A DNA stretch of 64,000 nt, taken from NCBI GenBank assembly GCA_963712745.1, contig CAVQJC010000006.1:288001-352000 (forward strand). Reading direction: 5' to 3'. Below the pieces are notes generated by a model. It saw only the letters and a program-made list of their open reading frames with translations, was not told where the DNA came from and made no database searches. Below, one piece after another: positions 54,068-64,000 of this stretch (positions are counted from its first letter, which is position 1; each line of letters starts with the position of its first letter). This stretch comes from an uncultured Chloroflexia bacterium. Its GTDB lineage: Bacteria; Chloroflexota; Limnocylindria; Limnocylindrales; CSP1-4. The translations under genes were made by a program, and so were the position numbers.

Positions 54068-57000
54068 TCAGGCTGCGCCGTGGCAGCGCTTGAACTTCTT
54101 GCCGGAGCCACACCAGCAGGGGTCATTGCGGCCGATCTTGTCGCCGTCGGGCGGCTGGCCAAGGGCACGCGCGGGCGCTGCACTGACCGTCTCGTCACCC
54201 TTCTGCAGCTGCACGTTCTTGGGCGTCTGCGGGGCCAGCCCGGGCAGGAGCTGCGTGGTCGTCGTCACGGTGGCCCCGCTGGTGGCGGTGGCGCTGCCAC
54301 CGGATGACACGGCGGGCGTCACAGTGCCGGGCGAGGCAGGCCCGGCGTCCGCCGCAGCTGCGCCGCCGTTGCCACCGAGCTTCAGTCTGGCCAGCTGCTC
54401 GGGGGTGAGCGTGGGCATGGTCGTAGGCTCCTGGGCCGGGGCCTGCTCGCGCCGCTGGACGCTGACGCGGTAGATGGTGGACGCCACCTGGTGCTGGATG
54501 AAGCCACGCAGCTCGGAGTAGAGGCTGTAGGCCTCGCGCTTGAACTCCACGAGCGGGTCGCGCCCGCCGTAGCCGCGTAGACCTACGCCCTTGCGGAAGT
54601 CCTCGAGCTCGGTGAGGTGTTCGACCCACAGCGTGTCGATCGCGCGCAGCAGTACCGCTCGCTCTACGAGCGACCAGGTCTCCTCGCCGTATTCCTGCTC
54701 GCGCTCGTCAAGTGCGTCGGCGGCCATGTCGTTGATGTAGCCGACGATGTCCTCGCGCGACCCCTGCTCGTCGAGCCTGTCAGCGGAGAAGGCCTCACCG
54801 GTCAACCCCAGGGCGCCGAGGGATTCAGAGAGGCCCTCGAAGTCCCAGTCCGTCTCGACTTCACCCAGGTGCGCCTCGACGACGCGGGCGAGCTCCTGTT
54901 CGACGAAGGCCAGGACTGTCTCGCTGAGGTCCTCGTTGTGGAGGACCTTGTCGCGTTCCTCGTAGATCCGTTCGCGCTGCTTGTTGATGACGTCGTCGTA
55001 CTCGACGATGCGCTTGCGGATATCGAAGTTGTAGCCCTCGACACGAGACTGCGCGTTCTCGACGGTCTTGGAGACCATCCGCGACTCGATGGCCACCTCC
55101 CCCTCGAGGCCCATCTTCTCCATGAGTGCGGTGACGCGTTCGTTCGCGAAGCGCTTGAGCAACGGGTCCTCGAGGGACAGGAAGTAGCGCGAGGAGCCCG
55201 GGTCGCCCTGGCGACCGGAGCGGCCACGCAGCTGGTTGTCGATGCGGCGGGCGTCGTGTCGCTCGGTGCCGATGATGTGCAGGCCACCGGCGGCCACGAC
55301 CTTCTCGTGATCTGCATCGCACTCCGCCCTGGCTTCGGCGAAGACCTTGTCGTACGTCTCCGTGTCGACCTCGACCGGGTTGAGGCCCATGTTGTGGAGC
55401 TTCTGGCTGGCAAGACCGGCGGGGTCACCGCCGAGCTTGATGTCAGTGCCGCGGCCGGCCATGTTGGTGGCGATGGTGACCGCGCTAGAACGACCAGCCT
55501 GAGCCACGATGGGCGCTTCCTTCTCGTGGAACTTGGCGTTGAGCACCTCGTGCTTCACGCCCCGCTTCTTGAGCGCCCTCGCCAGCGTCTCGCTCTTCTC
55601 GACGGAGGTCGTGCCCACCAGGACCGGCCGGCCGGCCGCCTGCTGCTCCGCGATCTCGTCGATGACGGCGTTGAACTTGGCTTCCTCGTCGCGGAAGACG
55701 AGGTCGGCGAAGTCTTCGCGGATCATCGGCAGGTGGGTCGGGACGGCCACCACGTCAAGCCCGTAGATCTTGTAGAACTCCTCCCGCTCGGTCATCGCCG
55801 TGCCGGTCATGCCGGCGAGCTTGTCGTAGAGACGGAAGTAGTTCTGGAACGTGACCGTGGCCATGGTCATCGATTCGCGCTGGATGCGGACTCCCTCCTT
55901 GGCCTCGATAGCCTGGTGGAGACCTTCCGACCAGCGGCGCCCGGGCATCTGGCGGCCGGTGAACTCGTCCACGATGACGATCTCGTCGTCCTTGACGATG
56001 TAGTCGCGGTCCCGCTTGTAGAGCGCATGGGCCCGCAGCGACTGTTCGAAGTGACGCGGCAGTCGAGGGTCCGTCTCGACCCCGTAAAGATCGCGGACGT
56101 TGAGCATCTTCTCGATCTTGGCCACGCCTTCCTCGGTCGCCGAGACAGCGTGTTCCTTGAGGTCGACGAAGTAGTCGCCACCCTCCTCGGCCCCATCCGG
56201 CCGGGCCTCGAGGCGCGGCACCAGGCGCGCGAAGACCTTGTACAGGTCACCCGATTCCCCGGCCGCGCCGCTGATGATCAGCGGCGTCCGTGCCTCGTCG
56301 ATGAGGATGTTGTCGACCTCGTCCACGATGCCGAAGTAGCGGTCACGCTGGACCCGCTCGCTGAGCTCCTGGACCATGTTGTCGCGGAGGTAGTCGAAGC
56401 CGAGCTCGTTGTTGGTGGCGTACGTCACGTCGGCGTCGTAGGCCTCCTTGCGCTCTACCGGGCGCAGGTGCACGAGGGTCTCGTCCTTGGTGCGGTAGTC
56501 GGGGTCGAAGAGATAGGCCGTGTCGTGCTGGATGATGCCGACCGCAAGGCCCAGGCCGTGGTAGATCGGTCCCATCCACTGGGGGTCACGCTTGGCCAGG
56601 TACTCGTTGACGGTGACGATGTGGACGCCCCACCCGGACATGGCGTTGAGCGCGGCGGCCAGCGGAGCCACCAGGGTCTTGCCCTCGCCCGTCTTCATCT
56701 CGGCGATCTTGCCCTCGTGCAGGGCGATCGCCCCCAGCAACTGGACGTCGAACGGACGCATCCCCAGCTCGCGACGGCTGACTTCTCGGGCTGCCGCAAA
56801 GACGTCCGGCAGTACGTCGTCGAGCGCCGCCTGCATGCGCTTCGAGTCGGCCCTCTGCCGCTCGCGTCGCAGCGACGCCCGGCGTTCGCTATCGGGGCTG
56901 TGGATCTCCTCCTCGGAGGGCTCGCTGGCAGGTGCGGCGGTGCGCACCTCCTCGCGGACCTCGACCATCTCGGCCTTGATCTGCTCGTCGGAGAGTTCGC

Positions 57001-57103
57001 TGTAGTGGACTTCCAGCTCATTGACACGATCGACGATGGGCTGGAGCGAACGCAGATCTGATTCTTCGGAGGTCCCGATCAGGCGGGACATTAACTTACG
57101 CAT
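54068..57103 (-). CDS. secA: Preprotein translocase SecA
   Basis: MKTGEGKT, DEVDNILIDEARTPL, ATNMAGRGTDI, RGRSGRQGDPG and SEC-C CWCGSGKKFKRCH. Confidence 0.97.
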   Translation of the reverse strand: MRKLMSRLIGTSEESDLRSLQPIVDRVNELEVHYSELSDEQIKAEMVEVREEVRTAAPASEPSEEEIHSPDSERRASLRRERQRADSKRMQAALDDVLPDVFAAAREVSRRELGMRPFDVQLLGAIALHEGKIAEMKTGEGKTLVAPLAAALNAMSGWGVHIVTVNEYLAKRDPQWMGPIYHGLGLAVGIIQHDTAYLFDPDYRTKDETLVHLRPVERKEAYDADVTYATNNELGFDYLRDNMVQELSERVQRDRYFGIVDEVDNILIDEARTPLIISGAAGESGDLYKVFARLVPRLEARPDGAEEGGDYFVDLKEHAVSATEEGVAKIEKMLNVRDLYGVETDPRLPRHFEQSLRAHALYKRDRDYIVKDDEIVIVDEFTGRQMPGRRWSEGLHQAIEAKEGVRIQRESMTMATVTFQNYFRLYDKLAGMTGTAMTEREEFYKIYGLDVVAVPTHLPMIREDFADLVFRDEEAKFNAVIDEIAEQQAAGRPVLVGTTSVEKSETLARALKKRGVKHEVLNAKFHEKEAPIVAQAGRSSAVTIATNMAGRGTDIKLGGDPAGLASQKLHNMGLNPVEVDTETYDKVFAEARAECDADHEKVVAAGGLHIIGTERHDARRIDNQLRGRSGRQGDPGSSRYFLSLEDPLLKRFANERVTALMEKMGLEGEVAIESRMVSKTVENAQSRVEGYNFDIRKRIVEYDDVINKQRERIYEERDKVLHNEDLSETVLAFVEQELARVVEAHLGEVETDWDFEGLSESLGALGLTGEAFSADRLDEQGSREDIVGYINDMAADALDEREQEYGEETWSLVERAVLLRAIDTLWVEHLTELEDFRKGVGLRGYGGRDPLVEFKREAYSLYSELRGFIQHQVASTIYRVSVQRREQAPAQEPTTMPTLTPEQLARLKLGGNGGAAAADAGPASPGTVTPAVSSGGSATATSGATVTTTTQLLPGLAPQTPKNVQLQKGDETVSAAPARALGQPPDGDKIGRNDPCWCGSGKKFKRCHGAA

Positions 57104-57409
57104 GGAGTCCGAAGTATAGGGCTCACGCGCGGCCGACCCCTGTGAGAGGCAGGCGTGTGTGCGGCTCCAGACAGGCCCAGCGGGACGTGGTGCATGGGCA
57201 GGGGCGGGGCGGCACGGCCCTGGGGGCGCCGCTGGCAGCCCCAACGGCGACCGATGTTCAGCGAATCTTGGACTGACCCCTTGTGTGAAACCGGTTGCTG
57301 TCGCTACACTCGGACGAAACGCCGGCGGCCACCCCCGCCGGTGTGTCTATATGCGGCCGTTGCAAGGAACGTGCCCTGGCTAACGGTCCGATGAGGGAGA
57401 GACACATAA

Positions 57410-57658
57410 GTGAAGCCGTTTTCGGTTGAGCCCGGAGCCGAGATCGGAGATCCGTCGTTCACCGACCTGATCGCCTGCGAGCGTGACTGCCGCAACTGCA
57501 GCTACGCCGCCTGGCTGGACTGTGATGGCAACTGCGGTGAATGCGTTCACAACGGCTACTGCCCGTGCGTGAACCCCGTGGTCGCCCGAAGCAAGACCGC
57601 ACTCAAGATCATCGAGCTGCGCCCCCTGCTGCTGCAGGACCTGCGCTCTCGACGCTAG
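57410..57658 (+). CDS. Small Cys-rich protein (2x CX3CX2C + CXC)
   Basis: GAGGGAG RBS, GC3-rich codons and 8 clustered Cys; candidate promoter TTGTGT-N18-TACACT at 57281-57310. Confidence 0.7.
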   Translation: MKPFSVEPGAEIGDPSFTDLIACERDCRNCSYAAWLDCDGNCGECVHNGYCPCVNPVVARSKTALKIIELRPLLLQDLRSRR

Positions 57659-57679
57659 AAGCGACGGCCCTGACCGCCG

Positions 57680-58793
57680 ATGGACCACGCGTTGATCCGT
57701 GATCTCGTGTCCCGCGTCCACGCGACGTCGGGGCGGCTTTGACCTAGCCGCCAAGGCTCAGGAGCTGGCCGCGCTCGATGAGCGCGCCTCCCAGCCCGAC
57801 CTCTGGAACGATTCGCGCGAGGCCAAGCGCGTGCTGAGGGCTGCCGACGGCCTGCGCGAAGAGCTCGACGCCTGGAATGGCCTCATCGAGCGCGTCGACG
57901 ACATGGCCGAACTCGCCGAGCTGGCCGCCGAGACCGATGACGCCGAGCTGGAGGAAGGCGTGGCTTCCGAGTTCGCGGCCGTCGAGGCCATCTATGAGCG
58001 CATGCGCACGAGCCTGCTCTTCAGCGGCGACTACGACGACTCCGACGCCTTCATCAGCATCAGCGCCGGGGCCGGCGGTACGGAGGCCACCGACTGGGCG
58101 GAGATGCTGCTGCGCATGTACCTGCGCTGGTGTGAACGACGCGGGTTCGGCACCGAGATCGTGGACCGGCTGGAGGGCGAGGAGACCGGCATCAAGTCGG
58201 CCACCGTGTGGGTCCAGGGACGTCGGGCCTACGGCTGGCTGCGCGCGGAGGCCGGCGTGCACCGGCTCGTGCGCATCAGCCCCTACGACGCTCAGTCGCG
58301 GCGCCACACCACCTTCGTTCAGGTCGAGATCTTGCCCGAAGTGGAAGAGGCGGCGGAGATCGAGGCCATCCCCGATGACGAGCTGAAGGTCGACACCTAC
58401 CGGGCCCAGGGCGCCGGCGGGCAGCACGTCAACAAGACCGATTCCGCGGTGCGCCTGACGCACATCCCCACCGGCATCGTGGCCCAGAGCCAGAACGAAC
58501 GCTCGCAGCACCAGAACCGTGAGGCCGCCATGAAGATCCTGCGCGCGCGCCTGCTGGAGCGACGCATCGAGGAGCGCGAGGCGGAGATCCGCGAGCTCAA
58601 GGGCGAGCACAAGGACGCCGGCTGGGGCAACCAGATCCGCTCGTACGTGCTGCACCCCTACCAGATGGTCAAGGACCACCGCACAGACCACGAGACCGGC
58701 AACACCACGGCCGTGCTCGATGGCGACCTCGATGCTTTCATGGTGGCCGAGCTTGAGCGTGTCGCCACGAAGCGGGAGGGTGGCTCTGCCTGA
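57680..58793 (+). CDS. prfB: Peptide chain release factor 2 with programmed +1 frameshift
   Basis: ATG 57680 frame reads to CTT-TGA-C (57737-57743). The +1 frame has HRLVRISPY, GAGGQHVN and WGNQIRSY. Confidence 0.95.
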
Positions 58794-59667
58794 GCTCAGA
58801 GAAGCGACCGCCGCCGATATCCCGGCCATGCTCGAGGTCTTCTTCCACGCCGTGGAGGACCTCGACACCAAGCGAGGCCGGGCGCTCCACCCACGCAGCG
58901 CGGCGCCGCTGGAGATGCACTTCGAGCACTTGCTCGTGACCGACCCGAGCTCCAGCTACGTGGCCGACGACCACGGCCGCGTCATCGCCTTCGGGGTGCT
59001 CATGCGTCGCGGCGCGGATGCGTTCCTCTCGTTCCTCTTCGTGGAGCCGTCGTGGCAGGGACGACGCATCGGTCAGAGCGTGCTCGATGCCTGCATCCGT
59101 GGGGCCGGCGAGGGCGTGGCGCGTGTCTCGGTCTGTGCCGAGGCCGACCAGCCCGTGTCAACGGGGCTCTACGCCGCGGCCGGCATGGCCCCGCGTACAC
59201 CGCTCTACCTGCTGCGCGGCGCCCTGGCCGACGACGCGCTGCCGGAGTTGCCCGCGAGCGTCCACCGACGACCCATGGTGACCGAGGCGGTGGCGGCCTT
59301 CGACCAGTCCCTGATGGGCTATCAGCGACCGGCTGACCACGCCTTGTGGGCCCGCGACCGACAGGGCGTCCTCTTCCTGGACGAGACCGAGGCTGTGCTC
59401 GGCTACGGCTACGCCCACAGCAGCGGACGGGTAGGCCCAGTGGCGGCGCTCGAGCCCTCCTACCTGCCCGGCTTCATCGGCTATCTCGCGCACGTCACGC
59501 ACGTGCTCGAAGGGCGGCAGCTGGTCGTGCCCGGTCCAGCCATCTCGGCGCTGCAGCCGCTGCTGGCCGCCGGGTTGCGAATCGACGGCGCACCGGCGGT
59601 CTACTGTTCCGCAGGCCCTGGTCCACGGTTCGACCGCTACATCCCCATGAGCTTCGCCCTCCTGTAG
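58780..59667 (+). CDS. GNAT-family N-acetyltransferase
   Basis: LREATAAD, LFVEPSWQGRRIG and LYAAAG motifs. Confidence 0.85.
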   Translation: MALPELREATAADIPAMLEVFFHAVEDLDTKRGRALHPRSAAPLEMHFEHLLVTDPSSSYVADDHGRVIAFGVLMRRGADAFLSFLFVEPSWQGRRIGQSVLDACIRGAGEGVARVSVCAEADQPVSTGLYAAAGMAPRTPLYLLRGALADDALPELPASVHRRPMVTEAVAAFDQSLMGYQRPADHALWARDRQGVLFLDETEAVLGYGYAHSSGRVGPVAALEPSYLPGFIGYLAHVTHVLEGRQLVVPGPAISALQPLLAAGLRIDGAPAVYCSAGPGPRFDRYIPMSFALL

Positions 59668-59693
59668 CACAGGCCGGGCCCCACGGAGAGACG

Positions 59694-60524
59694 ATGAGCA
59701 AGCTGACACTGCCCGACACCTCGACCGAGATCGGCGCCGCGGTGGAGGTGGCCCTGGCCGCCTGCGACGCCGCGGACGCCATCTCGCTGGCCTCGTTCCG
59801 GCGGCCGATCCAGGTGGAGGCCAAGCCCGATGCCACGTTCGTGACCGAGGCCGATACGGCCGTTGAACGAGCGGTGCGGGAGTTGATCAGCGCCCGCTTC
59901 CCCGATCATGGGTTGGTGGGCGAGGAGTACGGGGAAGCAGCGTCGGAGAGCGGACGGCGCTGGATCATCGACCCTATCGACGGCACCCACAACTACATGC
60001 GGGGCGTGCCCGTGTACGCCACGTTGTTGGGGCTCGAGGTCGACGGGAGCATGGCGGTCGGCGCCGTCAGCGCCCCAGCCCTGCACCGGCGCTGGTTCAG
60101 CTGGGACCGAGGCGGAGCATGGGCCGTCGACACCGTGCCCGGCGGCTGGGACCGCGGCTCGGCCGTTCGACTGTCGGTCTCGGCGGTCGAGTCGCTGGCT
60201 GAGACCTCGGTCGTCTACTCCTCGTACCCGAGCATCGTGGAGTCGGGCCTGGCACCCGGCTTCAGCGGCCTGCTCGGCTCGGTCTGGCGAGACCGGGGCC
60301 TGGGAGACTTCTACGGCTACATGCTGGTGGCCGAGGGAGCGGCCGAGGTCATGGTCGAGTCGGAACTCAAGCTCTGGGACCTGGCCGGACCGCTGGCGGT
60401 GATGCAGCACGCCGGTGCGCGCGTGACCGACCTGGTCGGCGGGCTCGACATGCCTGCCCGGGGCGTGCTGGCCACCAATGGGCGCGTCCACGAGCCGGTC
60501 CTCGCTGCGCTCCGCGGCCAGTAG
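59694..60524 (+). CDS. Inositol monophosphatase family, HisN-like histidinol-phosphatase
   Basis: KPDATFVTEAD, GEE, IDPIDGTHNY and WDLA motifs. Confidence 0.87.
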   Translation: MSKLTLPDTSTEIGAAVEVALAACDAADAISLASFRRPIQVEAKPDATFVTEADTAVERAVRELISARFPDHGLVGEEYGEAASESGRRWIIDPIDGTHNYMRGVPVYATLLGLEVDGSMAVGAVSAPALHRRWFSWDRGGAWAVDTVPGGWDRGSAVRLSVSAVESLAETSVVYSSYPSIVESGLAPGFSGLLGSVWRDRGLGDFYGYMLVAEGAAEVMVESELKLWDLAGPLAVMQHAGARVTDLVGGLDMPARGVLATNGRVHEPVLAALRGQ

Positions 60525-60626
60525 GGCCGGCGCTCCGCGCCACCAGGGCCGCCTCGAGCGGCCGGCGCGGCCAGTGCCGACGCCGCCGGCGGGCTTGGGG
60601 CGACCCCTGTGCTACGCTCGCGGCCG

Positions 60627-61457
60627 ATGAGCGACGCCGTTTCCCGGGCCGTCGCCGGGCCACCCCCCGGAGCATCCTGGCCCGATCAGGCACCAGCCCC
60701 AGTGGTGCCCGGACCCGTACCGCCCGGAGCACCAGTCCCCGGCCAGCCCCTGCCTCCGCTGGAGAGGCTCGACTCGGTGCGTCTCGACGCGGTCAGCAAG
60801 ACCTACGACACCGGCAAGGAAGCGCTCATCGACGTCGACCTCGTCATACCCGAGGGCGACTTCATCTTCCTGGTCGGGCCATCAGGCGCCGGCAAGTCGA
60901 CGCTCATCAAGCTGCTCGTGCGAGACGAGACGGCGACCGAGGGCCACGTCGAGGTAGCCGGCCATGACCTCGGCCGCATGAAGAAGCGCGAGGTGCCTCT
61001 GCTGCGCCGCAAGATCGGCATCGTCTTCCAGGACTTTCGCCTGCTGCCGCGCAAGACCGTCTACGAGAATGTGGCCTTCGCGCTCGAGGTCACCGGTACG
61101 TCCAAGCGCCTGATGGATCCGGCCGTGGAGCGCGCGCTGGCGCTGGTGGGACTCACCGAGCAGGCCAGGCAGCGCCCGCACCAGCTCTCGGGCGGCGAGC
61201 AGCAGCGCACGGCCATCGCCCGGGCCATGGTCCACGACCCGCGACTCATCATCGCCGACGAGCCTACCGGCAACCTCGACCCGCTCATCTCGTGGGAGAT
61301 CATCCAGTTGCTGCTGCGCATCAACGAGATGGGCACGACCGTGCTCATGGCCACCCACGACGCCGAGGTCGTGACGGCACTGCGCCGGCGAGTGGTGGCC
61401 CTCGAGGACGGCCGCGTGGTGCGCGACGAGGTCGGCGGATACCATCGTGAGTACTAG
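60627..61457 (+). CDS. ftsE: Cell division ATP-binding protein FtsE
   Basis: [28 protein letters not shown] and ADEPTGNLD motifs; upstream of FtsX. Confidence 0.94.
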   Translation: MSDAVSRAVAGPPPGASWPDQAPAPVVPGPVPPGAPVPGQPLPPLERLDSVRLDAVSKTYDTGKEALIDVDLVIPEGDFIFLVGPSGAGKSTLIKLLVRDETATEGHVEVAGHDLGRMKKREVPLLRRKIGIVFQDFRLLPRKTVYENVAFALEVTGTSKRLMDPAVERALALVGLTEQARQRPHQLSGGEQQRTAIARAMVHDPRLIIADEPTGNLDPLISWEIIQLLLRINEMGTTVLMATHDAEVVTALRRRVVALEDGRVVRDEVGGYHREY

Positions 61458-61469
61458 GGCCGGCCGCTG

Positions 61470-62357
61470 ATGCACTTCGTTCGCTTCTCGATCAGGCAGG
61501 CCCTGCAGGGCCTGTGGCGCAACAGCGTCATGACGTTTGCGGCCACGTTCACGATGATCCTCATGCTCATCCTGCTGAGCGCCCTGGTCATCGTCATCTC
61601 CGGCGTGGAGGCCGGCATCGAGTACATCGAATCGCGCGTGGAGGTGCGGGCCGAGTTGCACGATGGCCTGCTCGAGGAGCGGGTGACCGACTTCCAGGCC
61701 CAGATCGAGGGCCGGCCGGACGTGACCACCGTGGTCTACGTGAGCAAGGAAGAAGCGCTTGTGAACTTCCGGGACGCACGGGCCGAGCAGGGCCAGACCG
61801 ACATCACCGGCGCCTACGTCGGATACAACCCCTTCAACGCCTACCTCTCGGTCGAGCTGCGCGACCCTCGCCGCTCGGGAGACCTGGTGGAGGCGCTGGA
61901 GTCGGAGACCGGGCTGGTCACTCGAGTGCTCGGCCAGCAGTCGGGCATCGACCGACTCGTCGCACTCACGGCCCAGCTGCGCAACCTCGGAGTCATCGTC
62001 CTCAGCTTCGTGGCCTTGACGGTCTTGCTCATCGTCGTCAACAGCATCCGCATGGCCCTGATGGCGCGTGCGCAGGAGATCGAGATCATGCGCCTGGTGG
62101 GGGCCTCCGACCGCTACGTGCGCTGGCCGTTCGTGCTCGAGGGCATCTTCATCGGGCTCGGCGGAGCGGTGGTCACGCTGGTGCTGTTGCTGGTCGCCTC
62201 GCCGGGCATCAGCGACATCGCCAGCGACATCGCGGGCTCCGTGCCGCTGGGCTTCGACCGCTCCCTGACCATGCAGATCATGGCCATCACGCTCGGTGCC
62301 GGCATCGGTCTCGGCGGGGTGGGTGCCTGGATCAGCGTGCGCACCTACCTGCGTTAG
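61470..62357 (+). CDS. ftsX: Cell division permease FtsX
   Basis: VSKEEAL and [19 protein letters not shown] motifs. Confidence 0.94.
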   Translation: MHFVRFSIRQALQGLWRNSVMTFAATFTMILMLILLSALVIVISGVEAGIEYIESRVEVRAELHDGLLEERVTDFQAQIEGRPDVTTVVYVSKEEALVNFRDARAEQGQTDITGAYVGYNPFNAYLSVELRDPRRSGDLVEALESETGLVTRVLGQQSGIDRLVALTAQLRNLGVIVLSFVALTVLLIVVNSIRMALMARAQEIEIMRLVGASDRYVRWPFVLEGIFIGLGGAVVTLVLLLVASPGISDIASDIAGSVPLGFDRSLTMQIMAITLGAGIGLGGVGAWISVRTYLR

Positions 62358-62373
62358 CAGCGACCGATCCCCG

Positions 62374-63756
62374 ATGACCTCTCCCGCCGAAATGCCGCCG
62401 CCGGCTCCTGACCAGGATTCGCCCGGAACGGGGCGCGGCGGCTCGTCAGCGGGCCTGGTGGCGGCAGTGCTGCTGGCCGTCTCCGCCGCCGTCATCTTCC
62501 TGGCCGGTCTCTCCCTCGGCGATGGCCCATCGGGTCGCAACGCCGAGGAACGGGCAGCCATCGAGGCCTTCACGGAGACCTATCAGCGCATCGCCGATGA
62601 CTACATCGGCACCCCACTCCCGGCCGAGCTGCTCGAAGGCGCCATCGAGGGCATGTTCGACGTCCTCGATGACCCCCACTCGCGGTACATGAGCCCCGAC
62701 GAGTATGGCTCCGCGCTCGACGACGCCCGCGGCGAGTTCGAGGGCATCGGGGCGGTGATGAGCACCGAGGACACCGAAGGTGAGCGCTGCGAGCCCATCG
62801 ACGAGGTCTGCCGACTGCTGGTGGTGGAGGTGCTGGCCGGTGCACCGGCACAGTCCGCCGGGCTGGCCCCGGACGACATCGTGACCGAAGTCGACGGCAC
62901 CGCGCTCATGGGCCGCACCATCGACGACTCCGTCCTGCTCATCCGCGGGCCGCGGGGCAGCGAGGTCACGCTGACGCTCGAGCGGAACGGCGAGGAGCTC
63001 CAGCTGGTCATCACCCGCGACACCGTCGTGACCGAGGACGTGCATTCCGCGACGCTGTCGGACGGACGGGTCGGCTATATCGCCATCGAGAGCTTCAGTG
63101 CCAAGTCGGCCGATGACTTCGAGGGGGCCCTGCGCTCGCATCTCGAGGGGGGCATCGACAAGCTCATCGTCGACGTGCGCGATGATCCCGGCGGCTTCGT
63201 CGATGCCACGGTGGAGATCAGTAGCCAGTTCCTCGCTGACGGTGCGGTGCTGTGGGAGGAAGATGCCGCAGGCAGGCAGGTGTCGGTCGACGTCTCCGGC
63301 GGCGGACTCGCGACCGATCCGTCGATCGAGGTGGTGCTGCTGGTCAACGGTGGTTCGGCCTCGGCCAGCGAGATCCTCGGCGGAGCCCTGCAGGATGCCG
63401 GCCGGGCCCGGCTGGTGGGTGAGCCCACGTTCGGCAAGGGCACGGTGCAGGAATGGAGCGAGCTGCCGGGTGACAACGGTGGTTATCGGCTGTCGGTGGC
63501 CAAATGGCTGACTCGCGACAAGACCTGGGTGGAGGGCGTGGGCCTGATACCCGACGTGGTCGTGCCCGATGATGAGGGGCGCTACTGGGCCGGCGCGGCA
63601 GGCGGCGACCCTGAGGCCGACCCGCAGCTGCAGGCGGCAGTCGCGCTGCTGCTGGGTGGGCCACTGTCGAGTCCGTCCCCGCTGGCCACCGAGGCGCCCG
63701 CCACCATCGAGGCAGCCGAGCCGGCATCCTCGCCCGGCCCTGCGCCTGGGGGCTGA
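62374..63756 (+). CDS. S41 C-terminal processing peptidase (PDZ)
   Basis: [27 protein letters not shown] and TFGKGTVQ motifs. Confidence 0.92.
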   Translation: MTSPAEMPPPAPDQDSPGTGRGGSSAGLVAAVLLAVSAAVIFLAGLSLGDGPSGRNAEERAAIEAFTETYQRIADDYIGTPLPAELLEGAIEGMFDVLDDPHSRYMSPDEYGSALDDARGEFEGIGAVMSTEDTEGERCEPIDEVCRLLVVEVLAGAPAQSAGLAPDDIVTEVDGTALMGRTIDDSVLLIRGPRGSEVTLTLERNGEELQLVITRDTVVTEDVHSATLSDGRVGYIAIESFSAKSADDFEGALRSHLEGGIDKLIVDVRDDPGGFVDATVEISSQFLADGAVLWEEDAAGRQVSVDVSGGGLATDPSIEVVLLVNGGSASASEILGGALQDAGRARLVGEPTFGKGTVQEWSELPGDNGGYRLSVAKWLTRDKTWVEGVGLIPDVVVPDDEGRYWAGAAGGDPEADPQLQAAVALLLGGPLSSPSPLATEAPATIEAAEPASSPGPAPGG

Positions 63757-63940
63757 GATGTGCCCGGGGTCCCGCCATGCGAAGCTTGGTCGGACAGATG
63801 CACCGAGCAGTCGGTGTGGACACCGCCACGCATCGGCTGCCACGGACGAAGTCGCTGACCAGTTGGCGTGGTCAAAGTCACTGAGCAACAACAAGGCCGA
63901 ACGCTGCCACTTGACAGGTCGGGTACCGTCTCCTCAAGCG

Positions 63941-64000
63941 AAAGGAGGTGGTGTGCAATGCAAACTCGTTTAAGTAGCAGCACCGCCTCGGAGGTTCGAC
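63941..64000 (+). other. Perfect SD (AAAGGAGGTG) plus start of a truncated ORF (ATG 63958, MQTRLSSSTASEVR...) inside a hairpin
   Basis: Seen directly; the ORF runs off the window edge. Confidence 0.55.

Noticed and set aside
54617-57061. 814-aa plus-strand ORF, and similar long ORFs at 34446-36473, 6081-8096, 60882-62573 and 50536-52080
   Set aside because: Antisense or alternate-frame shadows of well-supported genes.
57740-57742. In-frame TGA as a prfB pseudogene or selenocysteine codon
   Set aside because: It is the canonical CTT-TGA-C RF2 frameshift site.
63911-63929. TTGACA + TACCGT as one sigma70 promoter
   Set aside because: The spacing is only 7 nt, so they cannot be a -35/-10 pair.

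Overview
A high-GC bacterial chromosome segment made almost entirely of core genes. Gene content and protein style suggest a monoderm, peptidoglycan-making Chloroflexota-like organism (inference only). From left to right: (1) a Pro/Thr-repeat membrane protein, pcm, a PIG-L deacetylase and a lipid-linked glycosylation cluster (GT87, GT2, two GT-C); (2) a DegU/DegS-like pair, a sulfotransferase, a Tad pilus motor operon, DUF192, comF, hpf and an XRE regulator; (3) a long minus-strand block: flippase-like protein, PHP, mreB, murA, atp operon, WecA/TagO, glyA, tsaC, prmC, prfA, DUF1385, rpmE, rpmA, rplU, antiporter, rodA, mrdA, mreD; (4) a divergent intergenic region at about 44.0-44.8 kb with parS sites, DnaA-box-like 9-mers and a perfect 22-bp palindrome; (5) parA, parB, gyrB, an AlkD-like gene, gyrA, prs, HAD, secA, a small Cys-rich ORF, prfB with a programmed +1 frameshift, GNAT, HisN-like, ftsEX and an S41 protease. 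No rRNA, tRNA, CRISPR array or mobile element was recognised. The best candidate for a new system is a DegU-like regulator carrying a Cle-type YxGPDRR putative c-di-GMP-binding motif and lacking the REC switch Thr. It is coupled to a DegS-like kinase with a degenerate ATP-binding domain and lies next to a Tad + ComF operon. All calls come from motif recognition by eye; no searches were run.
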